Source: Eledone cirrhosa (Eukaryota). From it: a DNA stretch of 64,000 bases. The notes below the pieces were generated by a model. The model was not told the origin of the DNA, did no database searches, and was given only the letters and a program-made list of their open reading frames with translations. This document shows, in pieces, positions 24,900 to 38,475 of this stretch. Each line of letters starts with the position of its first letter. Positions within the stretch are counted from its first letter, which is position 1. Location of the stretch: assembly GCA_964016885.1 (NCBI GenBank), contig OZ024743.1, positions 217,496,001 to 217,560,000 on the forward strand, in the 5' to 3' direction. Made by a program: the position numbers and the translations under genes.

Positions 24900-25800
24900 T
24901 CCGGTACCATTCAAGAGTGATGCACATAATTGATTACTGTCCTGTATTCTAGCTAGATTGTAACCACATTCTCCCTGTGGCACGCCACCTCTGTCATCAC
25001 TGTTTGGTTGATTAAGAGTTGTTCAATACTCCCCAACTTCTTTCTTTCCAGATTTTTGTTCATCTGTGATAAGTTTGTGTTTGTCACAGTGATCCTAGAG
25101 AGATACATTCAGAAAGGTTATATACATTTCATACATTGGTTTCTGCCATGCAATAGGTGCATGGCTCTTTTCCAAGTGTTTATCTTTCTTTTGAGGGATC
25201 AATATTATTTATGCTAATGTCAAACAGCTTGGAATAGATTCATAGCACTTGTGAGCTTGCTACTATAGGTTGGTAGGTCACATCCGATAGAAAGTAACTT
25301 GTTTGTACCAGTAGCCGACAATGAATTCTCTTCCTGGTACTTTCTTATCATGAAGTTTTCCTATCGAAGACACAACCGTATCATGATTGATGCTATGTAT
25401 GTTTTCGTGTAATGTTGTGTCAATAGTTCATTCGGATCTTTTTTGAACCATAATGCTTTTTGGTTGAATTTATTTTTCTCTCCCCATTTGTTTTCCCAGA
25501 AGGAATATATGTCTTTCTAGAATGGTGACTCATTTATTGATTGGCTCATCATATCTCTATAAAGTGATGTTTGGTTTCGGCTGAATCTTTTATTAATCAT
25601 TTTCCTTTCAGCCAATCTCTTCGTAGATTTTCCTTGACAGTTCTCAGTTCTTGTTTGAGAGTGATCAAGAGTTCTGCTTGAACTCTCACCAAACATCATT
25701 TCTATTTTATTGTTCACTCTTTGTTAGTGACTAGTGTATCATTTAGTGTTTTTGTTTACATGAGATAAGAATTGTCACATGGCCGATAGTTCTCCTTAGG
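24900..25800 (-). mobile_element. Highly degenerate R4/Dong-like RT fragment
   Basis: Minus-strand remnants ERKMINKRFSRNQTSLYR and a PIA..NxMY RT domain-1-like motif; heavily frameshifted. Confidence 0.5.
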
Positions 25801-26877
25801 TGAGCGATCTTTTTTTTTATTTAAGAAGTATACGATGAATTTTGTGTTGTTTTATTTCTGTTAAAATCTATATTATCACCAAGATAATATTTCACCGTCA
25901 TTGCTTCGGCATATAGACATATTTTAACTTGCCAAAATGTAGGGTCTTTTTACTAAATATTTCGACGATAGCATGTAGAAATACCTTATTTGGTTTCGTG
26001 TTTAATATTGTCGTTTTATGACTATTATTGAGTGAAGGTCTTATACACAAATTCATCTTTCTTTCGAAAGTTTCAGCTAATTGACGGTATTTTGATGTTG
26101 TTGGTAACATGATTGCGAGATACAGCAGTCAAACTATAGTCTGTTGTGACACGTAGTCTCAATTTATTTATGCCGGCATAGCCGTTTCAAGACACTGTGT
26201 ATTGCTGTCGATTGTTGTTGATGGTAAAATAGCGAACTGCTATAACACGTGTTGTTTGCATATCCGCTCGCGAATTCTGATCACTTAGTGATGTAATTTG
26301 TAAGGTTTTCATTGGCCCTCGTGGCCAGAATATGAAAGCACTATTGCTTTGAATAATGTGCATGCTATTTTTTCTGCTCAACAATCGTTGCTTATTGGCG
26401 TAAATCTTTGGCTGTAAAATAATTTAGCTCTGGGTGAAGTTCGCCCCAGTGTAGTTTCATTCTACTCTTATAGAAAACAGAAGGATCCATTTGGCATATT
26501 ATAACAGAAAAACATATCGTTTTTTAGTTGATAACTCAACGTAAAATGCGAATTATATATTCGGTTCCTTCTATAACAAGTAGGAATATTCTTTTTACTC
26601 TCATAGTTGTTTTTCTTTGATTCAGTATTATTGATGCTACATTGTTTGGTGTCAATTCTCGTAAACTGATTTCAGTATACAGACAGATATCTCTACGACT
26701 TTGAATAAAAGGAAACTTCACAGAATGTCATCAGAAGAATATCAACTTATTTAACTGGGCTAGTAGGTGTGACATTACTATTGGAGATAGTATTCATCTT
26801 CAATTTAATAAATTGTCACCCACGTCATGGGTTACTGCTAGCATCGAGTGTAAAGATATGTATGTATGTATGTATGT

Positions 26878-28224
26878 TCTTCTGGTTTTATAATTTCACA
26901 AATTTTACCAATAGAGAGAGAGTCGGTTTCTAACATAAACACAAGACTCTCTCATTGGAATTTACACAACATCAACTACGTAGATATGTATGTATGCATG
27001 CATGTGTTGATATGGATGTAATCGTATGTGTGGATGTGGATGTTTTGAGTTGTATGTGTGCATGTGTATATGCTTTGTATCTGTACATGTGTATATGCAG
27101 TTATTAAATGCAAAATATTTCGAATGTTTTACATATTTTTACTGTTCCATTAATGGATTGTACTTGTAGTTTCCTAACTAGTTGTGTTCTTTCTGTTCCT
27201 GCGAAACCTAGCTTCTCAAGATTTGTATTGAGGCAGTTACTAACATATGCCAGTGCCCCAATAATCACAGGCATAAATCTGAAGGTGTAATCAGGGTGGA
27301 GTATCTGCAGATTTCTCATCAGTTCTGCATAAATATTCTCCTTTTCACTAATCTTTGATATTATATTGGCATCTGCTGGGCAGCTAATTTCCACTACAGT
27401 GCATGTTTTCTTCTCCCTGTCCCATATCATAATATCTGGTCTGTTATGCTTGCATTTCATTGGGGTTTTTACTGGAACATTCCACCAGTACTCTTTCATA
27501 TTATGTACATGGATGTCTTCCACATTGTTGTAGCTTTTAATGGGTTTATTATCGGGGCTATCTTTTTTACGAACTGCATTGTACAGTGTTGTGGCCACTA
27601 TATCATGCCTCATAGGTAGATAGTACCGCGAAGACATTTTGGACAGCTGCTGATGACATGAGTGATATCCTCGATGTTAGTTCTGCAGAGTCTGCACTTG
27701 TTATCACATCTAGGTGTTTTGCCTGCATCCCTATCTCTTTTGTGAATCAGGTATTTCGTACTAATCTTCTGTTCTTGGATTGCAAAAGCGTATCCTTCAA
27801 AGTGGGAGCCAATATAGCGGTTGTTGGTCCAAGATAGACTACTTTCCTTATCTATATTACTCTCACTCTGGAGCTTCCTGGCAACATATCAATGCATGAT
27901 TTGTTGCTGTTAGCATGCAGTTTTTAATCCATGGGTTCACGGCGATACTGCTGAGCGACATCCCTGGGTGTGAGTTTTTGATTATCACACAGGGAATATC
28001 TCTCAAGGAGTTCCTTCCCACCTCTCATGAACTTATCTGTTTCATGCAGATAGACTTGCTCAAGAAGCGGGCTCCTACGCTTCGAGGTTCGTAGATGTTG
28101 TCGGAGAGATATGATGCGACATTCAAATGTTGTCTGGACTGATGTTAGGCCTCTGCCTCCCTGCTTACGTTTCAAGTAAAGGCGGTCTATGTCACTGTTG
28201 ATGTGGATGTTCCCGGTGTTGTTC

Positions 28225-28226
<2 letters not shown>
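26878..28226 (-). mobile_element. 5'-truncated R4/Dong-like non-LTR element (RT C-terminus, CCHC finger, RLE, 3'UTR)
   Basis: [16 protein letters not shown] (27924-28226), FAIQEQ..T, CRLC..EDITH, RHD, and HNRPDIMIWD..VVEISCP..EK..Y (27104-27637); embedded in (TATG)n at both ends. Confidence 0.9.
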
Positions 28227-28255
<29 letters not shown>

Positions 28256-28499
28256 TGTATGTATGTATGTATGTATGTATGTATGTATGTATGTGTGTAT
28301 GTATGTATGTATGTATGTATGAAAGAATGTATTTATGTACATATAGATGGAAGTTTGTACGTATTTAAGTAGCTATGTATGTCTATGTACGTATCTATCT
28401 ATATATTTATGTATAAATGTATACGCATCTATCTATATATATATATATATATACATGAAAATAGAGAAATTAATGTGAGCAAGAAGCCAACAATATTTC

Positions 28500-28578
<79 letters not shown>

Positions 28579-28929
28579 TAAAATAACAGATTAAAGTTTA
28601 AGCAAAGAATCGCTGCTTTCACCCTTAACGGGATCTTCTGAAACTAACAAAGTCAATCTGTAAACGCAGAAGTGGATATTTCAAAAAAACGTTGCAACCG
28701 GAGGAAGACAGGAAGACGATACTTTGGTTCGTGGAAACGTTCGCTGGCAAAGAACGGGAAAAAAACGAATCAAATTTATTATTATTACTATATATATATA
28801 TATATAATTTTGCGAGGTTTTTGATATGAAATCGTGTGTCGAAACAAATATTGTTATACTTGGGGAGGGTCATATTTGTGTAATATTGCCAGAATTAATA
28901 ACAGAAGACACTGACTGTTTGGTTGGTTT

Positions 28930-30497
28930 TCGCTTCTGTGTCTTTTATATCGGTTAATTTAATTTATTCGGTCCTCAATGTTTCCATTGACTGACCAACG
29001 GTCAAAAATACAGATACAATATAGACACAACCCATATATATAGTCTATCAAAGTTCTTTCGTTGCACATCTGCAACATCGTCAGTGTTGCTATTATGTTT
29101 CCTCCCGTTGCATTGTATGCTTACGCCATCTTTATTTAGTCTATTTATTTATTTATTTATTTGTTTACTTTTTTGTCTCTCTGCGCATGCGTTTGCGTAT
29201 AGTGTTTTGTTTGATGTGTGTTCTTGTTTGGGTGACTGTATTGGTTAATGTATGCTATCTTAGTTTACTAGTGTGTGTTTATATGTGTTTGTTATTATTG
29301 TGCTTGTGTATGTATTTATTTATGTATTTATTTATTTATTTATACTTCTCTTAGGTCAGTGTTGCTTGTTTGGGTGTTGTTGTTATTCCATTCATTTTTT
29401 TCTGTTTAGCGTTGGCCTTCTAAGTTATATTTCGCTGGCCTCTCTGATTTGTCTATCTGCTGGGTCATTTCTATGTTTAGATATTATTCTAACTTCTATG
29501 TTGTCTATGTTACCGTTGTGTTGTTTTCTGGCATGTTCTTATAGTACTGAACCGTTTTTTCGTCCTTTTAGTTCCCCCCAGTGTTGGTCTATCCTTTCAC
29601 CTATGCTACGAGCTGTCTCGCCTATGTATGTTGTTGTCATGTTTCTGCAAGTACCCTCTGTACATCTTATGCTATAGACTACGTTTCTAGTTTTACAGTT
29701 TATCCGGGGGTTTCCTCTACATATGATACATTTCCTATTAGTACAGTGGGTTTTCTTAAAAGGTTAGGTTTTGCTGATCAGGGATTTTATAGGTATTCCT
29801 GGCTTTTCTACCACCTTAATTTTTAAGTGTGTCTTTCTCAGGGCCTTTCTACACAGTTAGCTAATTTCCCTCCAGGGGTAGCGTCCACAAACATGACACT
29901 CTGGTATCTCTGGTTGTCGTACCATGAGGTGGCTTTCCCTAACTTATGTCTAGTCTTATCTAAGCTATTCCCTGATGTGCTCCTGTATAATGGGCAAATT
30001 CCTTTCATGTCCAGTTCTATGAGGGTCTTATACTTCTCCGTGGCTCCTTCGTATACTCTGATTCTGTCTCTTTGGTTGTAGCCAGAGAACTGCATGCGAT
30101 TGATGAATTGTTGGATGTGTCTTTCCATTTCTATTGGGTCGCACATGCGGGACACGTTCTTCATCACTCGTACCAAGTCTGCTATCAGAATATTAAACTT
30201 AGCACTACTGGACATTGCTGAGTTTTGGAGTATCAGGTATTTGGAGGCCATGGGTTTAGCATAGTGAGAGTGGAGAATTTGGGCTCTCTCGCCTATAGCG
30301 TTAATCCAGAGTTCCGTGTCTAATACAGGTAGTCTATTGTTAGGGTGTTTGGAAGGGAAGTCGATAGTTACAGTTATACTCTGGTGTATGGAATTAGCTA
30401 TCTGCCGGATGGTTTCCATTGTGCTACGTTCTAAATCAAACTTGGGAGTGCTCTCTTGTGGGGATGTCCTTACTATTATATTGATGTCGTCTACGTT
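28930..30497 (-). mobile_element. Penelope-like element remnant (RT C-terminus, GIY-YIG, HHR tail)
   Basis: VDDI near 30490; ORF 29838-30419 (LPVLDTELW..HYAKPMAS..MQFSGY); minus strand 29400-29700 reads YIGETARSIGERIDQHW..EH..RQIREA..PTLN. Confidence 0.85.
29048..29087 (-). ncRNA. Hammerhead-like motif in PLE tail
   Basis: Minus: aca-CTGACGA-t-GTTGCA-gatg-TGCAAC-GAAA-gaac-TT-tg; core and 6-bp helix II are intact, helices I and III are decayed. Confidence 0.65.
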
Positions 30498-30647
30498 TAT
30501 CCCGTGTTCAATCGGGGTTAACCACAGTTAGTAAGGTACACAATACAAAGCAGAATATAAACATTTAATATAGAAATGGCTTCTACAGGACTAGAACACT
30601 TCTAGTCATGTAAAAGCCATTTCTCTCTCTATATATATACATACATT

Positions 30648-30699
<52 letters not shown>

Positions 30700-30702
<3 letters not shown>

Positions 30703-31723
30703 AAGTTAAATAAAAAGTCAAATGTTTAAAATTTAGCTTCCTTTATTACTGCTATATATATTTCAGTGACAGCCATCTTTGGCTGTGATCTCTTCAGGCA
30801 TTCGGAATTAGTGAGGTATAGACAAGTACATATGTTGTTGAGATGTATAATTTTGTCAATACTCTGATATGTCCAGTTCCTGGTTAGGTTGTTATTTCTC
30901 TGAGGAACTGGAATCATATGAATTCAAACAAACGAATTTCAGTGTCAAAGGGCCTCTTCTCCTCTCATTGGTCAGTTGTTAGAACATTCCTCATTCTAAG
31001 TGTTGTTATTGTTGGAGTTAGCTTAAAAAATTGATAAAATGGTAGAAGGAACAAGGTGGTAAAGGAACAACATAACAAAAAAAAGGGTCAAACTTCCCAT
31101 TGGTCAGTTTTGAGAGCATTCCTCCGTCAGAAGTCTATAGAATTCTTTCTGGGGTGAGGCTCCCTGTAGTGTGTGTGTTTGCTATTGTTAAGTACATTTG
31201 ACCTGTACCATATTTCGGTAGTGTTGTTGGTGTTGTGGTCAGTTTATGTCTTGCTGCTGCTGACAATTTAGAAGTATCTGTGTGTGTTTTTTCTTTATCC
31301 CTCCTGCCACCATCTCTCATAGTGGTGTGGGGGGGGGGGGGGTTCTTCCATGTATATGAAGAAATATAAGGCAATAAATGAAGAAAACAGAAAATAAATA
31401 ATAAATAGAGAATAAAGAATAAAGAATAAAGAATAAATGAAAAATTGGTGAAAAAGTAATGAAAATGAATAAAGAATGAATAATAACAGGTAGACATCAT
31501 AAAAAGGTAATTTATTTTGTGTGCTTACAAATGTTTACAATGTGGTTATACAGCCTAGTTATGCTATGTGCAAATTTATAACTATTTGCAAAACTCAATT
31601 ATCAAATGCTGTGACCAATGTATCATCAGAGCAGAATGGTTAAAATGTAAAATGTAAATACACTTAAGTGAGGTTATTGGGGAAGATAGAGTAGAAAAGG
31701 AAGAGAGAAAAGAAGGGGAGAAG

Positions 31724-31780
<57 letters not shown>

Positions 31781-33480
31781 GAGTTGGAGAAATGGGAGAG
31801 AGTGGTTTGTAGATATCTTAATCAAAATGTTGTGGTAGGGGTTTTATTATACTGGTTACTCTTAAAGCGACCACCTTAAGCGATGCGTTGATAGTCAAGG
31901 TTGGAATTATTTATTGCCACAGAGGGCAGGTTCATAGATGTGGAGAGGGGGGAGGTTGACCTAGGGAGAGAGGGAGAGAAATAGGAATGGAGAGAGAGGG
32001 AGAGGTAGAGAGGGGACAGACGAAAGCTATGGGATGGGTGTACGTTGAGTTCATAGTAGTAGGCTACAAATTGCACTAAGTTTCCATTTATAGTGATAAG
32101 TATTGTCTTGTAGTGTGGGGGAAGAGAAAGTGGTTAGCTAGAAAGCAATGTTATAGTTACGGGTTCGAATGTTAAGTTATTTTATAGTGAGAGAATTTAG
32201 CCTTCAGTTTGTGGTTGCAGTATAATGATCGTTCGATTCTATCATTTAGTCATTTATTTTTGGATTTCAAGATGTAAAAGAGTTCAAGGTTACATAACCT
32301 ACAGTACTTCAATCCACTCCGATATGCACTAGCGCTGGAAAGTATATCCCATTTCAAGGTGAACTGTTGGTTGCGTTCACAGAGTTGCCAGGTCTTGTTG
32401 GCGAGCTTGGTCACAAAACGGTGATTAGGATGTTTAATTGAGAATCGATGACGATACCAGCGAGATTTAAAGGAGATAGTTGTAGGCCCGATGTAATACC
32501 ATTTCTGGTCGTTCGATTCAACCGTGCATTGGTAAACAATGTTGAACTTTAGGCATTTATTCTTCAATGGACATCTTTCAGGTAGGTGGCAGTTACAGTT
32601 TTTGTTGTTGGTAGCGGGTGATAGGTTGGGATAGCAGTACAGGTGGGTTGTGTAATACCTGTCTCCCATTTAGTGGTTGGGAGGCCGATATTACGTTATG
32701 CTCATCTGTTATTAAAATATTTTGTTTTTGTAGTGTTGTTTAATTGCTTTAAGTTAAGTTTTTCATGTATATTTCAAGGTTTGGTGCCGTGGAGTATGAT
32801 AGTTTAATAGTTTTAGAGTTCAGAATGTTACTGTATTTATGGGAACTAGGGAAATGTTTGTTGATTAACTTAAAGAATGAAAGAGATAGTTTTGTACTAA
32901 TCGAAGCATTAAAAATGGGATAATACCAGATATACTTTTTACAACGTGATTTATTTGGTGATGATTTTATATTATTAGTATGTCTGGTGGTACTGCGTGT
33001 GTGCGCGCTTGTATTTCAGTACCCCGGTTACGTATTCTTTGATTTCGTGTAGAGCTATGTGTGTTATGGAGGTTCTAATCAATGTATTCTATTGTATCCC
33101 GGTGGTCGACATTCCTTAATGCATTATTATAGTATTCAGCATGTTCACTGAAAATCTCAGAATCAGACGATAGGCGAGAGATTCTAAGAGAAATACTACG
33201 GGGAACCGATTTGATCATGGAAAGTGGGTGGTTTGAGTTAAAATTGATATAGGTAAGGTTCTCATTTATCTTGTGGAAGGGTCGTATCAGTCCGGTATTT
33301 ATATTAAGAGTTACGTCTAGAAAATTTACTACTTTAAGATTGTATTCGAACGTTATTTTTAGACCCAGTTCACTAAAAGATTTTCTAATGTTTTTCCGTA
33401 GCCTTTCAAGATTTTGGTTATTTAAGTTATTAACTAATAAGAGGCTGTCATCTCTATATATTCCCCAGAATAAATTACCT
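30700..33480 (-). mobile_element. Penelope-like element remnant (RT YRDD to thumb, Cys-rich linker, GIY-YIG, long 3' region, HHR tail)
   Basis: Minus 33100-33470 reads GIYRDD..VNFLDVTLNINTG..PFHK..YINFNSNHP..SLRISRLSS. ORF 32250-32669 has NCNC..CPL..C..NIVYQCTV..YYIG..FKSRW..H..CRLC..E. Confidence 0.85.
30750..30800 (-). ncRNA. Minimal hammerhead ribozyme motif in PLE tail
   Basis: Minus: tgc-CTGAAGA-gatc-ACAGCCA-aaga-TGGCTGT-cact-GAAA-tatata-TA-gca, then AATAAA and (TA)n. Confidence 0.7.
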
Positions 33481-33655
33481 TTTTATGATGTCTACGTGTG
33501 ATTATTCATTCTTTATCTACACTCCGGAATAAAGAAGGATCAGGAACTGAGTTTCCTCAACTATCCTTCCATAACTCGTTGAGTAACCTCTCACCGTACG
33601 TCAACTCTATCCAGTGTAGTAATTAACCATTACTGCATCCAGGATAATCCTATAC

Positions 33656-33750
<95 letters not shown>

Positions 33751-36700
33751 ATATATATATATACATGTGTGTGCGTGTGTGTGTGTTTACGTGTGCAAAT
33801 ATCCGATATATATTTACGCTAGCTCTAATCTGTGGCAAAACTGGAACAGGTTGCATATTTTAAGATTGCGGTAAGAAAATCACTAGAACGTCACAAATGG
33901 AAGCCTATCAATTCATATATCGGTTATCACCAACCATTGATGTCGATAACAGTTTTTTCGTACTCTTCGTTTTAATGCGTTTGCCAGACGAATGCACTTA
34001 ATTTTAAAATGTTTTATAACTTGTTTTATGATAATGACCTTATATGCCACTGATACCAAATTTGTCATATTTTCAATAATCGATTAATACACATAACTAG
34101 ATTTTAATGACATTAATTCTAAAATCTAAAAGTTGATTTATTATTTTATTTTATTTTAAAATAATTGTCAATAATTTAATAGATGTGATTTAATCGTTTT
34201 GATATGATATTGATATACTGATTCATACTGTAGTGTTGGCAAATAAATTAGTGAATCTATATTTAATCGCATGGACATGAGCATTACTGAGGTCAACCGT
34301 ATCTCCTGTAGGTAGTTTAAAACTTTGATAATCGGTCTACAATTATGACACAAACTGGGGTCAAATTTGATACAAATTATTCACAAAATGCAATATAGGT
34401 CGTACATCTATACGATGCTCTCATCGAAAATATTAAATGTAGAGCAACATAAATACGACCACGATGCTAGATATTTCTCCATTTTCATGTAAAGTTGCTA
34501 GTAGTTACGTTTCCAGACTTCCTTGAACAGTAAGATGCCAGTTTATCAGGAACGAAAAATGCAGTTAATATGACAAATTAATGTATGCAAGATTTCACAG
34601 CTATAACATTACTCCTTTATAGTCAACCTACGAAACCTTTCGTCCATCCTCGTAGATTTACTTCTAAAATAACGCCCACCATCTCCCAGTTTTGTCTTTA
34701 CTCCTCATTCAATGGAAATTACGCCTCATTAAACTATTTAGCAGATGCTCCGACAAATTAATATCTGAATGGAGAGTTTAAAATGCTACCAGCAAATACA
34801 ATGTCATTGGCCCTCACCATTTTGCGTACATATATCACCTGGTATGACTGTATTAGAAAGTAGAAGAAAGGGCTATAAATGCCATAAATATGAAGGAAAA
34901 AAGGAAAAAGCAAGGATTCTTGGGACACAGAAGAGGGGCAAGGGCGAGGGTGATGGGCACAGGGCCTAGGGAGGAGCGGTATTTCGGCTGTGTCCCGTGG
35001 ACAAACGCTATATTGTTGTTATATTGTTTAATTAGCCCCATATCTGGTTTTAATTACTCGTTTTGTACTTGAAACATTTCCTTCATTCATAATTCTAATC
35101 ACTATCACAAATATAGCCAGCACTCTTCTCTTTCCATCACATATATGGCTATTTGAAGAAAAATAAGCAATGCAAATTGCTGTACAGAAATTAAAAAAGA
35201 ACAATGTCTAAAACCAACCGTTCTTCCTGTCTAAGGAATGTATTGAACCAGTGAATAATTCAAATGGCTTTTGTTAGTAAAGCCAATAAATAAACCCTTT
35301 TCAGTTAGATAATACAAGGAGAAAATTGACCTTTTAAACGGGAATGCTCTTAAACGCTTGCGTTCATATGATCATCTATGTGTAATGATTATAATAATAT
35401 TGTTGATGATGATTATGATAATGATGCTGATGATGATATTGATGATGACAACGACGACAACAACAGCAACAACAACAATAACAACAACAAAAGCAAAAAC
35501 GATAATAACAATAAAAATAAGGAATACGATAATTGTGATGATGGTATTTTGATATGATTTGTCATTACAGTATCCGTATTTGTTATAATTCTCTTGCATG
35601 TTCTTTATAAATAACTTCTGATCGCAGAAGTGAAGTACGACATTCCGAAAAACCTATAGAACTGAAAACCATTGAATTTGGATAGAACATTTATGACTGC
35701 ACATATTCTCTGTCTTAAATCTCTATTGCTATAATATCACCATGGAAACTGGAAGAAATACACCTCTTTGAAGTTTCAACGCTGTTTATTTTTTCGTAGT
35801 TAGTTATTGTTCATGTTGTTATTTTTCTTGTAGTTGCTGTTGCTCTTGATGCTGCTGTTGTCACTATCTATTTCTATAGCTAGTATTGCTGTTGATTTTC
35901 TGTTCGTTATTGCTTGCTTTAACTACAGCAGTTGTTGTTGCTGCCGTTATTTTCGCAGTATTTGTTTAAGCATTTCCAAAATTTATTATTGGTAAAACGA
36001 TGTATGTTGTTGTTGATGACGCTGTTTTTTATAGTTGTTGCTGGATGTGTTTTCTGTGTATTCTTCAGCTGGGTGTGAAGGGTGTTGGTAGAGTAGGGGA
36101 GTAAATTTAGCGAGAAGAATGAAGTATTCACTGGTGGTTTCTATAATGTAGTTTTCATATCTCGGGAGATATTGTACAATCTCTGTTTTGTAAGTAATTG
36201 GAATAATCTAAAGTCTCTGTGAAAGGAAAATATAGCAACTGAAAATACAAAACCTCCATTCAAATGGTATAGCATGAAAATATGTTTATGAACAGAGAAA
36301 GCTTAGATAATATAAATTTAGAGGGTTGTTTTTAATTTTTATGAATATTATTATTATAATAATTATTATTATTATGTTTTTTTTTTGTATTGTCATACAT
36401 TCAAAGGTATTTGTTTCAATTTACACGAAAGATTAGAGCTATCACTACAAATGTCTTAGTTATTTCAATGAGAAAATATTATGACCACAGGTAATTTCAG
36501 TTCTATATTATTTTATTTCACGTTTACTGCCATGGAGTTTATAATGAGAGAGAAGGCGTTCATAATTTTTCAAAAAACAACAGCGGTGTTGGTGGAAATG
36601 CTTTGCCTCAAACCATAAATAAAAACTGGCTCTAATATTCTCCATTCAGAGAAGCGCTCGTTGTTCAAAGCCGTTTGATTAGAGATCGGATAAAAGCAGT

Positions 36701-37544
36701 ATTAAATTTGCTGTATGGTAACCTGTCATATATATGTATATGTGTATTTGTGTGTATGTATGTGTGTCTGTGTGTGTGTTTGTGTGTGTGTATGTGTGTA
36801 TTTCTTTATCTGTGAGTAAGTTTAATGGCTTAAGCCGGTGTGTTGAGTTGCCTCAGTTCATATCAAAATCGTAGCTTAGAAATTTGATAACCAGAGCTCT
36901 ATAAAACAATTACTAGTTATGAACAAATTATTGGGTCGCTATAGTCGACAAACTGTCCTTTACAAATATTGCCCAGGATGACAAGAATCCAATATCTGAT
37001 ATTTCACTCTCATTTCCTGAATCAATGACTTTAAAATGTTCAGCAATTGGTAAATTCTGTAACTCCACTTAGAATTATGTGTCTATGTAAAACTAATTCT
37101 AATGGAATTAGTATTCCACTATTATTCACTACTTAGAATGAAGATTGCCTTCTATGAATTGTGACATTACTAACATTGGCGGTTATAAAGAAAAGAATGC
37201 TTTCTTGACAAAGGTTTGGAATAGTGCTTCAATTGATGTCATATCATTGACCAGTACTACACATGGAAAATATCAGCAACGTCCTCTTTCATTCAGCTGG
37301 AAAAGGGGGAATTTTCAAAGATTTTATCTGATGTACAATGAAGATTCTATGGTGTAATGGAGATAAATGGCTGGTGCAAGCTTCCGAAGAAAAACAGGGA
37401 GTGAATAAAATACTTGAAGTCGCAAAATCATACAATAGTATAAAAAACTTTAAATCGGGTATATATACTTACACAGACACACACACGCACAAGCCGTAGT
37501 GTCTAGAAACTACCGTTGCTCATTTGTTCAACACTGACAAAGGA

Positions 37545-37587
37545 ACGCTGTACTAGTTTCAAGCTTGTTAGCTATCGTCAGCAACGT
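37545..37587 (-). ncRNA. Type I hammerhead ribozyme
   Basis: Minus: acgttg-CTGACGA-t-AGCT-aaca-AGCT-t-GAAA-ctag-TA-cagcgt. Confidence 0.85.
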
Positions 37588-37989
37588 ATAGCTTCCTGCC
37601 AGAGAGTTGAACGTCAGTGTTGAACAAACGCGCAACGGTGGTTGCTAGACAGTACGGCTTAATACGGGATGTTTGTTTACAAACACACCGAGCATTATAA
37701 TAAATGTTTGGTGAATCCATACGTACATATATATGTGTGCATGTATGTATATATATATACATACCACTGTACGTCTGTATACATATATGTATGTACGTAT
37801 ACATACTTATATTTAAGTAACAGCCGTACTAAGAGTGGGAAATGAAATTTCGTTTCATTTTTTCCGTTTATCGTTTTCGGTGCACCCGGCCGATTAACCC
37901 ACTCGATATGCAAATTGAGTTACTCAGCCGTTAGTATGCATATGGAAAGTATATACTTTCACACGTTCAACTATCTCGCAGGAAGGTAT

Positions 37990-38032
37990 ATGTTGCTGAC
38001 GATAGCTAACAAGCTTGAAACTAGTACAGCGT
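37990..38032 (+). ncRNA. Type I hammerhead ribozyme
   Basis: atgttg-CTGACGA-t-AGCT-aaca-AGCT-t-GAAA-ctag-TA-cagcgt; predicted cleavage after 38026 (GUA). Confidence 0.85.
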
Positions 38033-38233
38033 TCCTTTGTCAGTGCTGAACAAACGAGCAACGGTGGTTGCTAGACACTACGGCTTCATACGGGATGTTT
38101 GTTTACAAACACACCGAGCATTATAATAAATGTTTGGTGAATCCATACGTAAATATATATATGTGTGCATGTATGTATATATATATACATACTACTGTAC
38201 GTCTGTATACATATATGTATGTACGTATACATA

Positions 38234-38292
<59 letters not shown>

Positions 38293-38475
38293 AAATGTTA
38301 TAGTATCGTGAGAGAGAATATAGAGAGAAGAAGAGAAGAAACGTTATAAGAGGAGACGATACAGATAATTAATTGCCACCAGAAAGTGCTTTAGTGCTCG
38401 ATGCTTATACAGACGGGGTTAAACTTTAGAAGCATTAATATTTAGTGTTCGAAGATAAGCAGAGCAATTATAATC

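Larger units (their letters stand above)
37491..38237. repeat. Diverged 426-bp relative of the HHR satellite: short inverted arm (37491-37614) plus about 1.5 tandem units, ending in (TA)n
   Basis: cagtg.tgaacaaacg repeats at 37615 and 38041 (period 426); 37491-37614 is the reverse complement of about 37963-38086; it has HHRs, the octamer and the gaaatgaaatttcgtttc palindrome. Confidence 0.85.

Noticed and set aside
34930-34972. G-quadruplex-capable G-tract cluster
   Set aside because: The motif is present but isolated, with no context suggesting function.
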